Shown: positions 19,452 through 29,615 of the stretch, piece after piece
How positions within the stretch are numbered: position 1 is the stretch's first letter
Layout of the letters: each line of letters begins with the position of its first letter
NCBI GenBank assembly: GCA_963802255.1
Contig: CAWDHY010000001.1
Coordinates: 299,842 to 363,841, forward strand
Length of the DNA stretch: 64,000 nucleotides
Reading direction: 5' to 3'
DNA from: Candidatus Magasanikiibacteriota bacterium
Lineage (GTDB): Bacteria > Patescibacteriota > Patescibacteriia > Magasanikbacterales > GWA2-37-8
Notes under the pieces: model-generated
What the model saw: the letters and a program-made list of their open reading frames with translations, nothing else
Databases searched by the model: none
What the model was told of the DNA's origin: nothing
Made by a program: the position numbers and the translations under genes

Positions 19452-19913
19452 ATGCGTTGTCCGGTTTGCAACAACCTGGAAACTAGTGTTGTGGACACAC
19501 GCCCTTCCACTGATGGTCTGACAATTCGCCGAAGGAGGGAATGTGACAAATGCTCATATCGTTTTTCTACTGTTGAGGAAATCGAGCTTTTAGATATTGT
19601 GGTGGTAAAGAGTGACGGACGGCGGGAGAGTTATATGCGCGAAAAAATTGAGCGTGGGATTAAACAATCGCTTTCAAAACGTCCGTTTACCGCCGATAGG
19701 TTTAACCGCCTTCTTCATTCCATTGAGCGCGATATCCAAAAAAGAAAAAAAAGGGAAATATCAAGCAAAGATATCGGAGAAATTGTCATGAAACATCTGC
19801 GCAATTTTGACAAAGTTGCCTATATTCGTTTTGCGAGTGTTTATCGCGATTTTCGTGATGTAAAAACTTTCGAAAAAGAACTCAAAAAAATTGGCAAAGG
19901 CCATAGTGCTTAA
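19452..19913 (+). CDS. nrdR: Transcriptional repressor NrdR
   Basis: MRCPVC..V.DTR..IRRRREC..C..RFST.E, ATP-cone, VAYIRFASVYR. Confidence 0.96.
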   Translation: MRCPVCNNLETSVVDTRPSTDGLTIRRRRECDKCSYRFSTVEEIELLDIVVVKSDGRRESYMREKIERGIKQSLSKRPFTADRFNRLLHSIERDIQKRKKREISSKDIGEIVMKHLRNFDKVAYIRFASVYRDFRDVKTFEKELKKIGKGHSA

Positions 19914-19930
19914 TTGCTAACCATTATCAT

Positions 19931-20377
19931 ATGACAGAGGAGGTCAAGAACGAGGAATTAAAAAAGGAAGATTTGACGTCTGATCCGACGGAAAATCAAC
20001 CGCCGCAATTTATTGGTTTGGAAAAAACGGAAGATAAGGACACCCCCAAGGAAGAGGAGGTGCCGCTTCGCGACCTTTTGGAAAAAAATCTTAAGTGGTC
20101 GCAGATTATATATGAACAAAACCGCCGTATCAGCAGGCGTCTTCTTTGGTCGCTGGTTCTTTCCTGGATAAAATGGGTCGTAATTATTGTACTGCTTGTT
20201 TTAGGAACTTGGTTTGCGTGGCCAATCACGAAAAATTTATTTAATCAATATGAGGCTATTACCGGTAGTGGAGCGTCTTCCGGCCAAAAATTGGATCAAT
20301 CAACTTTGGATAAAATACTGAAAATGATTCCTTTAAATGATTCGGAAAAGGAGCAAATAAAAGCAATGAATAATTAA
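19931..20377 (+). CDS. Hypothetical single-TM membrane protein
   Basis: 148-aa ORF in operon context with one hydrophobic helix. Confidence 0.7.
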   Translation: MTEEVKNEELKKEDLTSDPTENQPPQFIGLEKTEDKDTPKEEEVPLRDLLEKNLKWSQIIYEQNRRISRRLLWSLVLSWIKWVVIIVLLVLGTWFAWPITKNLFNQYEAITGSGASSGQKLDQSTLDKILKMIPLNDSEKEQIKAMNN

Positions 20378-20379
20378 TT

Positions 20380-21822
20380 ATGATGCACAAAAGCACAAAA
20401 ATAGTGGCCACAATTGGTCCGGCTTCAGAATCGTATGGAAAAATTAAGGCAATGATAAAAGCGGGCGTGAATGTCGCTCGTCTTAATTTTTCTCATGGCT
20501 CATATGAAAATCACGCCAAGCTGATCAGAAATATCCGCCGGGCTGAAAAAGAGCTAGGCGTGCCGATTGGCATTATGCAGGATATACAGGGGCCGAAAAT
20601 CCGTTTGGGTGATATGCCTGCGGCCGGTGTATTAATTAAAACAAATGATGAGATAGTCATAAATACTTCTTTAATTTCTTTTGACGGTAAAGACCTGCCG
20701 CTATATTTTCCAGGGTTGGAAAAATATGTTAAACCGGGAGACCGTTTGCTTATTGACGACGGGCACGCTGAATTAAAAATAAAAAAAGTTGCCGGGACAA
20801 GAATAATGTGTAAAGTAATTGAAGGTTATCTTTTAAAGAGCCATAAGGGAATAAATTTTCCTGACAGTTTTTTAAAAATTCCGATCATGAGCGACAAAGA
20901 CAGGAGGGATTTGAAGTTCGGTTTAAAAATGAAAGTTGACATTATCGCTTTATCTTTTGTGCATACCGCGAAAGAAATAAAAAATGTCAGGACATTGATA
21001 AAAAAATATCAGCAGGAATTAAAAATGAAATCACAGGCACCTGTTTTTATTGTCGCCAAAATTGAACGCAATGAAGCGGTAAAAAATATTGATGAAATAT
21101 TAAAAGAAGCGGACGGAGTAATGGTGGCGAGGGGGGACCTGGCGATGGAGACAACAATGTCGGAAATGCCTTTATTGCAAAAAATGATTGTGGAAAAAGC
21201 CAATGCGCTTGTAAAGCCGGTGATTGTTGCCACTCAGATGCTTGATTCAATGCAGACAAACCGACGTCCGACCAGAGCTGAAATTACCGATGTAGCAAAC
21301 GCGGTAATTGATCATGCGGACGCATTGATGCTTTCAAATGAAACAGCAACAGGCAAATATCCGGTGGAAGCTGTCAGAACAATGTCAGAAATAATTAAAA
21401 CCACAGAAGAATCGAAATATGATGACATTGACCCGTTCAAGGAAATGCACCCTCACAAGTCAATCAGCAAAGCCATAGCCGGATTGTCAGGCGTGGTAGC
21501 TATGCAAGTGGGAGCCAAGGCTATTTTAGTGGCTTCAGCAACCGGAGCGACCGGTCGTTTGGTCAGTCGTGTAAGGCCGCAATATCCTGTTTATGTCGGT
21601 GTAAAATCAATTGTTGCCGGACGCCAGCTTTGTTTATCTTGGGGTTTGCGCCCATTTTTATTATCCGCCAAACATTCAGTGGAAGATTTAGTATCCGCTT
21701 TTCTTTCTTATGTTAAGAAAACTAAACTGGTGAAAAAAGGGGATAAGATTGTTTTAATTACCGGCGAACCAGTGGGTAAAATGGGAAATACAAACATGCT
21801 TGAGGTTAAAGAAGTTAAATAA
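20380..21822 (+). CDS. pyk: Pyruvate kinase
   Basis: TKIVATIGPAS, RLNFSHG, AKIE, MVARGDL, ATQMLDSM..RPTRAE.TDVANAV.D. Confidence 0.97.
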   Translation: MMHKSTKIVATIGPASESYGKIKAMIKAGVNVARLNFSHGSYENHAKLIRNIRRAEKELGVPIGIMQDIQGPKIRLGDMPAAGVLIKTNDEIVINTSLISFDGKDLPLYFPGLEKYVKPGDRLLIDDGHAELKIKKVAGTRIMCKVIEGYLLKSHKGINFPDSFLKIPIMSDKDRRDLKFGLKMKVDIIALSFVHTAKEIKNVRTLIKKYQQELKMKSQAPVFIVAKIERNEAVKNIDEILKEADGVMVARGDLAMETTMSEMPLLQKMIVEKANALVKPVIVATQMLDSMQTNRRPTRAEITDVANAVIDHADALMLSNETATGKYPVEAVRTMSEIIKTTEESKYDDIDPFKEMHPHKSISKAIAGLSGVVAMQVGAKAILVASATGATGRLVSRVRPQYPVYVGVKSIVAGRQLCLSWGLRPFLLSAKHSVEDLVSAFLSYVKKTKLVKKGDKIVLITGEPVGKMGNTNMLEVKEVK

Positions 21823-21860
21823 ACAAAAAAGCCGTTAGTCAAACGGCTTTTTTGTTTTTT
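21821..21860. terminator. Bidirectional intrinsic terminator (pyk/glyA)
   Basis: aaacaaaaaagccgtt-agtca-aacggcttttttgttt. Confidence 0.8.
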
Positions 21861-21863
21861 CTC

Positions 21864-23101
21864 TTATTTATATAGAGGAAATTTTTTAACCAGTTCGCCA
21901 ACTTTTAAACGGATAATATTCAGCCTTTCAGTATCTTGAAAATGTGTAATTGTTTCATTAATCCATTCTGCGATTTGGCGCATTTCATTTTCTTTCATTC
22001 CTCTTGTGGTGAGCGCCGGTGTACCGAGCCGGATGCCGGACGGATCCATTGGGGAGCGCGGATCATTTGGCACCATATTTTTATTTACAGTAATACCGGC
22101 TTCATCCAAAGCGATTTGCGCTTCTTTCCCTGAAATATTTTTATTGGTTAAGTCAATCAACAATAAATGGTTGTCAGTCTGCCCGAAACAAATATTGAAA
22201 TCAAGTTTTTTTAATCCTTCTTCCAAAACCTTTGCGTTTTTTATTACTTGTGACGCATATTCTTTAAATTCCGGTTCCAGAGCTTCTTTAAACGCGACCG
22301 CTTTTGCGGCGATATTATTTTCATGCGGTCCGCCCTGAAAACCCGGGAATACGGACTTATCAATCGCTTTGGCGAATTTTTGTTTGCACATTATCATTCC
22401 ACCGCGTGGTCCGCGCAAAGTTTTGTGGGTAGTGGTAGTTACGATATCAAAAATAGGCACGGGGTTTTCCATTACTTCACCGGCAATAAGCCCGGCGATA
22501 TGAGCGATATCTGCCATGGTAACTGCGCCAACCTCGTCAGCAATTTCTTTAATTTTTTTCCAATCAATAATGCGCGAGTAGGCGCTGTATCCGGCCAAAA
22601 TTATTTTTGGCTTGTGTTCAATTGCTGTCGCGCGTAATTCATCATAGTTGATTAAGCCATCCGTATCGGTACCGTAACGGATAAAATTATACAGCTTGGC
22701 CATATAGGTGACCGGATGCCCGTGCGTTAAATGTCCGCCGTGCGCCAGGTCCATGCCAAGAACAGTATCGCCAGGCTGAAGCAGAGCAAAATATACGGCG
22801 ATATTAGCCGGCGCGCCGGATAACGGTTGGACGTTCACGTGTTCGGCGCCGAACAGTTCTTTAGCGCGTTCAATCGCCAGTGTCTCTACCTCGTCGATGT
22901 ATTCACAGCCCCCATAATATCGCTTGCCAGGATAACCTTCGGAATATTTATTGGTCGCGATTGAACCGAGTGCTTCCAAAACCGCCGGTGAAACAAAATT
23001 TTCCGACGGAATCATCTCCAGTCCGTTTTCCTGGCGTTTTTTTCTTTTTCAATGGCGACATAAACATTCGGGTCAAATTGTTCAAGTTTTTCTTTGTGCA
23101 T
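21864..23101 (-). CDS. glyA: Serine hydroxymethyltransferase (one-base frameshift in the A7 run at 23037-23043)
   Basis: [35 protein letters not shown]; N-terminus [20 protein letters not shown].. from ATG 23101 joins ..[13 protein letters not shown] if one A is added. Confidence 0.93.
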
Positions 23102-23105
23102 ATTA

Positions 23106-24686
23106 TTAGATTTTTTTAATCATGTAGGTATTTTGCAATTTGTAACCGAGTTTTCTGTAATAACCCCGTACGCCAACGCCGGAAATCACCGCTATTATAT
23201 CTGCCTTGGCTTTGATGGCCAATTTTTCCGCTCCTTTTATTAATTTTACCCCCATACCCTTGTGTTGTGAAGCAATGGCATTTTTAGTGCCGATTTTTAG
23301 CATCTGGCCGTAGGTATGAAGTTCACGGATAAAGGCCGGGTATAGACCGTTTTTATCAATACGCAAACGGCAAAAAGCATAAACCACCTGTCGTTTGGCA
23401 TCTTCAAAACTTAAAAAATATTCAATTCCGCCCGAGGCATTGTATTTATCAATAAATAATTTCGGACGCGATAATTTAATATTGGCATGTCCGACTTCAC
23501 GGCAACGCAAACAATTGCAGTGTAAACCGCGGCGTAGCATTTCCGCCTGAATCACTTGGCGCAAATTTGTAACTCTGTTTCCGGCAACAATGTGATGCCC
23601 GGGAATGTCGCGGATAAGACGCGAAATTCGAACATAGCGCGGGATGGCCGCTTTGAAGTTTATAAGAATATCAATTAATTTTTTATCGTTGTATGGCTTA
23701 TATTTTCCGGATTTAACCCAGCGGTAAAGCGGAGATTTTTTTACTACCGTGCACGGATAAATTTTTATCATGTCAGGACGGTAATCAGGATTATCAAAAA
23801 TTCCCGCTAACATTTTTGCATCTTTGCCCGGCGTTGATCCGGGAAGCTGTGGCATAAGATGAAAATCAACTTTAAATCCGAATTTTTTTAAAAGTCCGGT
23901 GGCGCGTATAGTTTCCGCTGTATCGTGTCCGCGCTTTACTAATTTTAAAATTTTGTCATCAGTGGTTTGGACGCCAAGTTCAATTCTGGTACAGCCAAGC
24001 TCGCGCATAATCAAAATATTTTTTTCAGTAATATGATCCGGCCGTGTTTCCAAAGTTAGCCCGATAATTCTGTGTTTTGCAGTTTCATTTTTCTTTTGGG
24101 CTGACTGTAAAATTTTTCTAATTTTTTCTACGCCTCCTTTTTTTTCTCCTTTAATGCCATTGGCCGCTTCAAAACATCGCAATACAAACCAATATTGATA
24201 CTCAAGCGGATACGCATTCCATGTCCCGCCTTTTATAATCAGTTCAATTTTATCGGTTGGGTGTCCGTTTTCGGCCAATGTTTTAATACGCTCATGTACT
24301 TGCCGGTAAGGGTCAAATTGTAAAGATGATGCCCGCGCTGCCGCCGGTTCGTCGCTGATATAACTTTTCGGCATTTCTTTTTCATCCGGACAATAAATGC
24401 ACCGGCCCGGGCATTCGTGCGGCTCAGTCAGAACGGTCACGATCGCGACGCCGGAAAGTGTCCGGACCGCGCGTTTGGTTAGTAAAGTTTCCAATAAAAA
24501 AGATTTTTTTATCTTGCCTTTAGCGAGCATGGCGTGATATACTCGGAGCAAGTCAGTTTTGCGGGATAAATCTTCTTTGCTTTTCGCACTGCGCATTTCC
24601 GAACGCAAAACAGACGAAAATTCATCAGATGTTTTCGGGACTTTTTTCAGTAATTTATAAATTATTTTTTCGCTCAGGTCAATCAT
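23106..24686 (-). CDS. elp3: Elp3-family radical SAM / acetyltransferase (tRNA U34 carboxymethyltransferase)
   Basis: VRTLSGVA.V, CPGRCIYCP, PKSY, GLTLETRPD, ELGVQT, KIYP, IRELHTYG, QHKG.G, ISGVGVRGYYRKLGY; start at ATG 24686. Confidence 0.92.
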   Translation of the reverse strand: MIDLSEKIIYKLLKKVPKTSDEFSSVLRSEMRSAKSKEDLSRKTDLLRVYHAMLAKGKIKKSFLLETLLTKRAVRTLSGVAIVTVLTEPHECPGRCIYCPDEKEMPKSYISDEPAAARASSLQFDPYRQVHERIKTLAENGHPTDKIELIIKGGTWNAYPLEYQYWFVLRCFEAANGIKGEKKGGVEKIRKILQSAQKKNETAKHRIIGLTLETRPDHITEKNILIMRELGCTRIELGVQTTDDKILKLVKRGHDTAETIRATGLLKKFGFKVDFHLMPQLPGSTPGKDAKMLAGIFDNPDYRPDMIKIYPCTVVKKSPLYRWVKSGKYKPYNDKKLIDILINFKAAIPRYVRISRLIRDIPGHHIVAGNRVTNLRQVIQAEMLRRGLHCNCLRCREVGHANIKLSRPKLFIDKYNASGGIEYFLSFEDAKRQVVYAFCRLRIDKNGLYPAFIRELHTYGQMLKIGTKNAIASQHKGMGVKLIKGAEKLAIKAKADIIAVISGVGVRGYYRKLGYKLQNTYMIKKI

Positions 24687-25412
24687 ATGGATAAGCGTAA
24701 AGCACAAGAAATTGTACGTCAAACACGCCAATTTTACAATACCGCCGCCAAGGAGTGGGATATTAGCCGAGGCGCTCCCACTCGCATTAAAAAACAAATT
24801 ATCCGGCCGGTTAAAAAGGGGATGCGAGTCTTAGATTTAGGTTGTGGTAACGGGCTAATGGCTAATACTGTAATGAGTCTCGGCGGTCAGTATGTTGGCG
24901 CGGATATTTCCGGGAAACTTATCGCGCTGTGTAAAAAACGATATGCTTCATATATCAAAACCAAGCAGGCGGAATTTGTAACAGCCGATGCCGCCAAGTT
25001 GCCGTTCAAAAAAAATTCATTTGATTTTGCTGTTTCTTTTGCCGTGATGCACCACATTCCTTCGGCTGAAATGAGAGTGAAATTTTTACGGGAATTGTAT
25101 CGCGTGATGAAACCCGGGGCGACGGCAAAAATTGACAATTGGAATTTGCTTGAGAATTGGAGCTGTAAAAAATATTATATCAATCGCCAGTTGAAAAATT
25201 TTCCACCCTCTCATGATTATGGTGATGTCTATATTCCATGGAAGGCGACCGGCGGAAAAACAATACCGCGCTACATTCATATTTTTTCAGATGCAGAATT
25301 AAAATCGGTTGCCAAATTAGCCGGATTCAAAAAAATAAAAATTGAATATTTCAACCGCGCCGGAATAAAAACAAAAAATGGTGAAGCGCAGATACTTACT
25401 GTAAAGAAATAA
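24687..25412 (+). CDS. Class I SAM methyltransferase, Trm9/ALKBH8-like
   Basis: VLDLGCGNG; DFAVSFAVMHHIPS..R...LRELYRVMKPG; DVYIPW; RYIHIFSDAEL. Confidence 0.8.
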   Translation: MDKRKAQEIVRQTRQFYNTAAKEWDISRGAPTRIKKQIIRPVKKGMRVLDLGCGNGLMANTVMSLGGQYVGADISGKLIALCKKRYASYIKTKQAEFVTADAAKLPFKKNSFDFAVSFAVMHHIPSAEMRVKFLRELYRVMKPGATAKIDNWNLLENWSCKKYYINRQLKNFPPSHDYGDVYIPWKATGGKTIPRYIHIFSDAELKSVAKLAGFKKIKIEYFNRAGIKTKNGEAQILTVKK

Positions 25413-25444
25413 AAACATCCGCCACTGTTGGCGGATGTTTTTTT
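25411..25444. terminator. Bidirectional intrinsic terminator
   Basis: aaaacatccgcca-ctgt-tggcggatgtttt. Confidence 0.8.
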
Positions 25445-25446
25445 AT

Positions 25447-26601
25447 TTAAGCTATTTGCGGTTCCTCGCAAAGCAACGGAATCTGCGTATGATAAATATC
25501 AATTGTTCGTTTGGCAATATCTTCCCACTGATAATCGCGGGTAACCGTTTCTTTATTTTGAATACCGGCCGCGGTTAAAAGTTCAGGATCGGAAACTAAA
25601 TCGATAATTTTTTTTGCCAGAGTGAATACTGAAGCATTGGCCGACCAAAATCTTCCATCAGTAATTACCTCTTGATGTTCCGGAATATTGGAGACAAGCG
25701 CCGGACGGCCGAATGACATTGCCTGTAAAACAGTAATCGGCAAACCTTCGTTTTCAGAAGGGTGCACAAGCATCAGAGAATTGGCGTACAAAGCATTGAG
25801 CGCTTCGCCGTTTTGCCAATCGGTAAAAATTATGGAATTATCACCCTCAGCCATTTGTTTGAGCCGGCGAACATAATCATCGGTAAACGAACTCCCGCCG
25901 ACAATCGCCAGTTTTAAATCGCGGAGCAATTCAGGTTGTTCGCGCCGGGCTTTTTGCCAGGCTTCAATTAAATAGTGGGCGCCTTTATGGCGGACTAAAC
26001 GGGAAACCATCAGCAAATATTTACCGGGCTGAAGACCCCATCTGCCGAGAGTGTCAGGACCGGGGTTTGATTCAATTGTAACGCCGTTCGGATTATAAAC
26101 AGTTGTCCGGCGGTATTCATTTAAACAATAACTTTGAATTGTTTTGGAAACAGAAATTGTCTGATGCGGAAATAAACAAGCCGCCCGTTCGCCAAGCCAA
26201 AGCATAAAGCGGGCGAATACGCCCCATTTTTGATGATAGCGGTCGATGCAATGAAAGGTTGAAATAATTTTAATTTTTGGCGCGAATACGCGGGGTATCC
26301 AGGAAAGAATAGAAGGACCGACACCGTGATAATGTATAACATCAGGTTTTTGGCGCATGGCATGAAAAGTTGAAGTAAAGGTGTGGACAATGGCATCTAA
26401 ATGCTTGGTCCGGATCGTCGGAGTATGAATAATTTGTATTCCGCAATGTTCGGATACTTTTTTCGGTGTAAACCATTTACGCGCATATAATAAGACCTCG
26501 TGGCCGTTTTTCACGAGTTCTTTGGATAGCTCCTCAACGTGGCGTTCAATACCGCCGTAGAGTGCCGGAGCGCCTTTTTGTCCGATCATTGCAATTTTCA
26601 T
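25447..26601 (-). CDS. Glycosyltransferase family 4
   Basis: MKIAMIG..G.P..YGGIERHV, SRLV.HKG, PS..EGLP...L.AM..G. Confidence 0.9.
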   Translation of the reverse strand: MKIAMIGQKGAPALYGGIERHVEELSKELVKNGHEVLLYARKWFTPKKVSEHCGIQIIHTPTIRTKHLDAIVHTFTSTFHAMRQKPDVIHYHGVGPSILSWIPRVFAPKIKIISTFHCIDRYHQKWGVFARFMLWLGERAACLFPHQTISVSKTIQSYCLNEYRRTTVYNPNGVTIESNPGPDTLGRWGLQPGKYLLMVSRLVRHKGAHYLIEAWQKARREQPELLRDLKLAIVGGSSFTDDYVRRLKQMAEGDNSIIFTDWQNGEALNALYANSLMLVHPSENEGLPITVLQAMSFGRPALVSNIPEHQEVITDGRFWSANASVFTLAKKIIDLVSDPELLTAAGIQNKETVTRDYQWEDIAKRTIDIYHTQIPLLCEEPQIA

Positions 26602-26723
26602 ATAATTGCCGTTGCATTTTTAGAACTAAGTAATATAGCACATTTTAACGTAATTGTCAAGGGTTAAAAGTAGGCTTTTTTAGCTAAAAAACGGCTAAAA
26701 CAATTTGTCAGAATACTGAGAAT

Positions 26724-27590
26724 ATGATAATATATATGCGTTTTATGATAATTGACGGTAAAAAAATTGCCGAAAAAATAAATCTGGCCACTTTGGAAAT
26801 GGTCAGGAAAATTAAAAAAAACGGCTATAGCCCTAAAATAGTTGTTTTTTTGGTTGGCCATTGTCCGGAATCGGAAATATATGTCCGGCAAAAGGAAAAA
26901 TTGGCTAATAAATTGGGTTTTATTTTTGAATTAAAGCGTTTTCCCAAAAACATCAAGCAGAGCAGTTTGTCGAGGGCGATTCTTCGCGAGCAGGCAAAAC
27001 GGGAAACTTCCGGTATTATCTTGCAACTGCCCCTGCCTAAACAGATAGATACCTACAAGACACTTTCTTGTCTTCTTCCGGAAACAGATATTGATTGTTT
27101 GTCTGATATCAGTTTGGGCAGATTAATTTTAGAAAATAATTTAGTTGTGCCTCCAACGGCCGGAGCTGTAATCGAAATATTAAAGACTTTGCGGATTAAT
27201 CTGAGCGGTAAAAAGATTGTTGTTATCGGTTCAGGGTTATTAGTTGGGAAACCCCTGGTAATGATCCTGATGAACGCAGACGCGACAGTTACGGTTTGTA
27301 ATTCAAAAACAAAAAATTTGGCAAAAATTTGCCGTGAAGCGGATGTTATTGTTTCCGGCGCGGGCAAGAAAAATTTAGTAAATTCAAAAATTGTCAGAAG
27401 GGGAGCGGTAGTGATTGACGCCGGATTCTCTTTTTCCGGCGGAAAAGCTTTTGGCGATGCTGAAATTTCCGGTCTTGATAAAAAAGGAGTGAAAGTCACG
27501 CCAACGCCGGGAGGTGTCGGTCCTGTAACAGTGGCCTGTTTGATGCGCAACGCGGCGATCTGTGCCCGTCATAAATTTCATAATAAATAA
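26724..27590 (+). CDS. folD: Methylenetetrahydrofolate dehydrogenase/cyclohydrolase
   Basis: IIDGKKIA, S..YVR.K, GIILQLPLP, G.GLLVGKP, TP.PGGVGP.TV. Confidence 0.92.
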   Translation: MIIYMRFMIIDGKKIAEKINLATLEMVRKIKKNGYSPKIVVFLVGHCPESEIYVRQKEKLANKLGFIFELKRFPKNIKQSSLSRAILREQAKRETSGIILQLPLPKQIDTYKTLSCLLPETDIDCLSDISLGRLILENNLVVPPTAGAVIEILKTLRINLSGKKIVVIGSGLLVGKPLVMILMNADATVTVCNSKTKNLAKICREADVIVSGAGKKNLVNSKIVRRGAVVIDAGFSFSGGKAFGDAEISGLDKKGVKVTPTPGGVGPVTVACLMRNAAICARHKFHNK

Positions 27591-27595
27591 TTTTT

Positions 27596-28495
27596 ATGTG
27601 GCTTCCGGTTGCACTAATAGGGTATGCGATAAATAGCGCGGTAAACATACTTGATAAGTATGTTTTAGACAAGGCTGTCGGCAAGCCGGTTGTCTTCACG
27701 TTTCTGACTTGCATACCGGCAGCATTGATATTTTTTCTTTTGCCGTGGTCCGGTTTTCTTGCCACTCAAACCGATTATTTGGTAGCTTTAATGGCCGGCG
27801 TTGCCATGGTGCTTGGTCTGTGGGCGTCATATATCGGAATCCAAAAAAGTGAAATCAGTCATATCGGTCCGCTTATCGGAGCGACCGTACCGGTATTTAT
27901 TTTCTTATGGGGCCGGTTATTTCTTGGGGAGACTTACCAGCCCGTGCAAATATTTGCAATAATTTTATTAGTTTGCGGATCGCTGATTATCGCCGGGGAA
28001 AAAAGTTCTTTGCATCGTGGTTTGCATTCTGGTATTGCCTGGGCAATTCTCGGCGGATTTTTATGGTCAATATTTGGCGCTTCATCAAAATATTTGTATT
28101 TACACAACGATTTTTTTAGCGGTTTTGTCTGGAGTCAGGGTGTTGCCGGTCTTGCCGGGCTTTTGCTTATTTTTATTCCCGCAGTCCGTTATGGATTGAA
28201 AAAATCAAAAAATCCATCGGATAGTAGCGTGCGCGGTAAAAAACTGACTATCGTTGTGGTGGACAAAGTGCTCGGTGTTGTCGGTCTGACGCTGGTTCAA
28301 TATGCGGTCGCGCTCGGAAGCGCTACGCTGGTATATGCTTTGGCCGGAGTACAGTATGCTATTCTTGTAATTGCTGTTGCGGTATTAAGCAGATTTCATT
28401 CAAAACTTTATCGTGAAAGTTATGATAAGGGAGAATTACGCCGGGAAATAATTGCCGTATTATTTATAGCCGGCGGTCTTGCTTTATTAGTATAA
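27596..28495 (+). CDS. EamA/DMT-family transporter
   Basis: About 10 TM helices in two repeats; ..FLGE.. motif. Confidence 0.75.
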   Translation: MWLPVALIGYAINSAVNILDKYVLDKAVGKPVVFTFLTCIPAALIFFLLPWSGFLATQTDYLVALMAGVAMVLGLWASYIGIQKSEISHIGPLIGATVPVFIFLWGRLFLGETYQPVQIFAIILLVCGSLIIAGEKSSLHRGLHSGIAWAILGGFLWSIFGASSKYLYLHNDFFSGFVWSQGVAGLAGLLLIFIPAVRYGLKKSKNPSDSSVRGKKLTIVVVDKVLGVVGLTLVQYAVALGSATLVYALAGVQYAILVIAVAVLSRFHSKLYRESYDKGELRREIIAVLFIAGGLALLV

Positions 28496-28499
28496 AATT

Positions 28500-29498
28500 A
28501 TGTTGCGTAAGAAAAAAATAATAATTATCATAGCCATTATTTTAGCAATTACTTTTGTGGTTATTATGTGTCATAATATTTCTAAAAAAAGAAATTTGGA
28601 TCAGATATATGGAGCCAGTTTTAACGCGGAATACGCCACATACCTTGAGCTTGACCCGCTTACCGTTTTTACATCAATGATTGACGACCTTGGTTTCCGA
28701 TATCTGAGAATTTCTGCGCAGTGGGAAGAAATTGAAAAGTCGCCCGGTATTTACGATTTTTCTTTTCTAAATAAACTGATGGATGAAGCGGCGAAGAAAA
28801 ACGTAAAAATTACTTTGGTGGTGGGGCAAAAAATTCCGCGCTGGCCGGAGTGTCATGCGCCAAAATGGACGGAAGGGCTGTCTGATTTGGAATACAGGGC
28901 TGCCATTAAAAGATTGATTAAAACCACTGTTGATCAATATAAAGACCATCCCGCGCTGGAAATTTGGCAGGTGGAGAATGAACCGCTTTTAAAGTTTGGC
29001 GAATGTCGTTTCTTTGGACAGGACATGCTTGCCTCAGAAATTGGCATTGTCAGACAAATTGATCCGAAACATAAAATTATGATAACCGACAGCGGCGAAT
29101 TAAGCAGCTGGAGAAATACGGCTAAAACGGGCGATTTATTCGGTACAACATTGTACCGCGTTGTTTGGAATAAGCGCTGGGGATATTTTTCTTACGATTG
29201 GATTTCTCCGCTTTTTTACCGGTTTAAGCTTTGGCTCACCGGACAAAAAAATGAAAATGCTTTTATTTCTGAATTGCAGGCTGAACCATGGATTCCGGAT
29301 CACGATTTGAATGTTTTGAGTTTGGATGAACAATATAAATCTATGAATTTGGAGCGGTTTGAAAAAAATGTGATATACGCACAGAGAATCGGTTTTCCCC
29401 GCGCGTATTTATGGGGCACAGAATGGTGGTATTGGATGAAAGAATCTAAAGGTATATCTGATTTCTTAGATTATGCCAAGACATTGAAGAAAGAGTGA
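28500..29498 (+). CDS. Membrane-anchored clan GH-A glycoside hydrolase (GH5/GH42-like)
   Basis: N-terminal TM, W..IE..PG.YDFS, WQVENEP (acid/base), ISELQAEPW (nucleophile). Confidence 0.75.
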   Translation: MLRKKKIIIIIAIILAITFVVIMCHNISKKRNLDQIYGASFNAEYATYLELDPLTVFTSMIDDLGFRYLRISAQWEEIEKSPGIYDFSFLNKLMDEAAKKNVKITLVVGQKIPRWPECHAPKWTEGLSDLEYRAAIKRLIKTTVDQYKDHPALEIWQVENEPLLKFGECRFFGQDMLASEIGIVRQIDPKHKIMITDSGELSSWRNTAKTGDLFGTTLYRVVWNKRWGYFSYDWISPLFYRFKLWLTGQKNENAFISELQAEPWIPDHDLNVLSLDEQYKSMNLERFEKNVIYAQRIGFPRAYLWGTEWWYWMKESKGISDFLDYAKTLKKE

Positions 29499-29541
29499 TG
29501 CTTGACTGTCAGCCACTTATAATGTAAGATTTTTCGGAATT

Positions 29542-29615
29542 GCACGCCTAGCTCAGCTGGTTAGAGCACCTCGTTTACACCGAGGGGGTCAGGGGTTCGA
29601 ATCCCTTGGCGTGCA
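29542..29615 (+). tRNA. tRNA-Val (anticodon UAC), CCA not encoded
   Basis: Cloverleaf: acceptor GCACGCC/GGCGTGC, D-arm GCTC/GAGC, anticodon arm CCTCG-TTTACAC-CGAGG, T-loop TTCGAAT. Confidence 0.96.

Noticed and set aside
24687-24797. 111-bp coding overlap between elp3 and the methyltransferase
   Set aside because: The extension upstream of Met38 looks like antisense read-through; ATG 24686 is the more plausible start.
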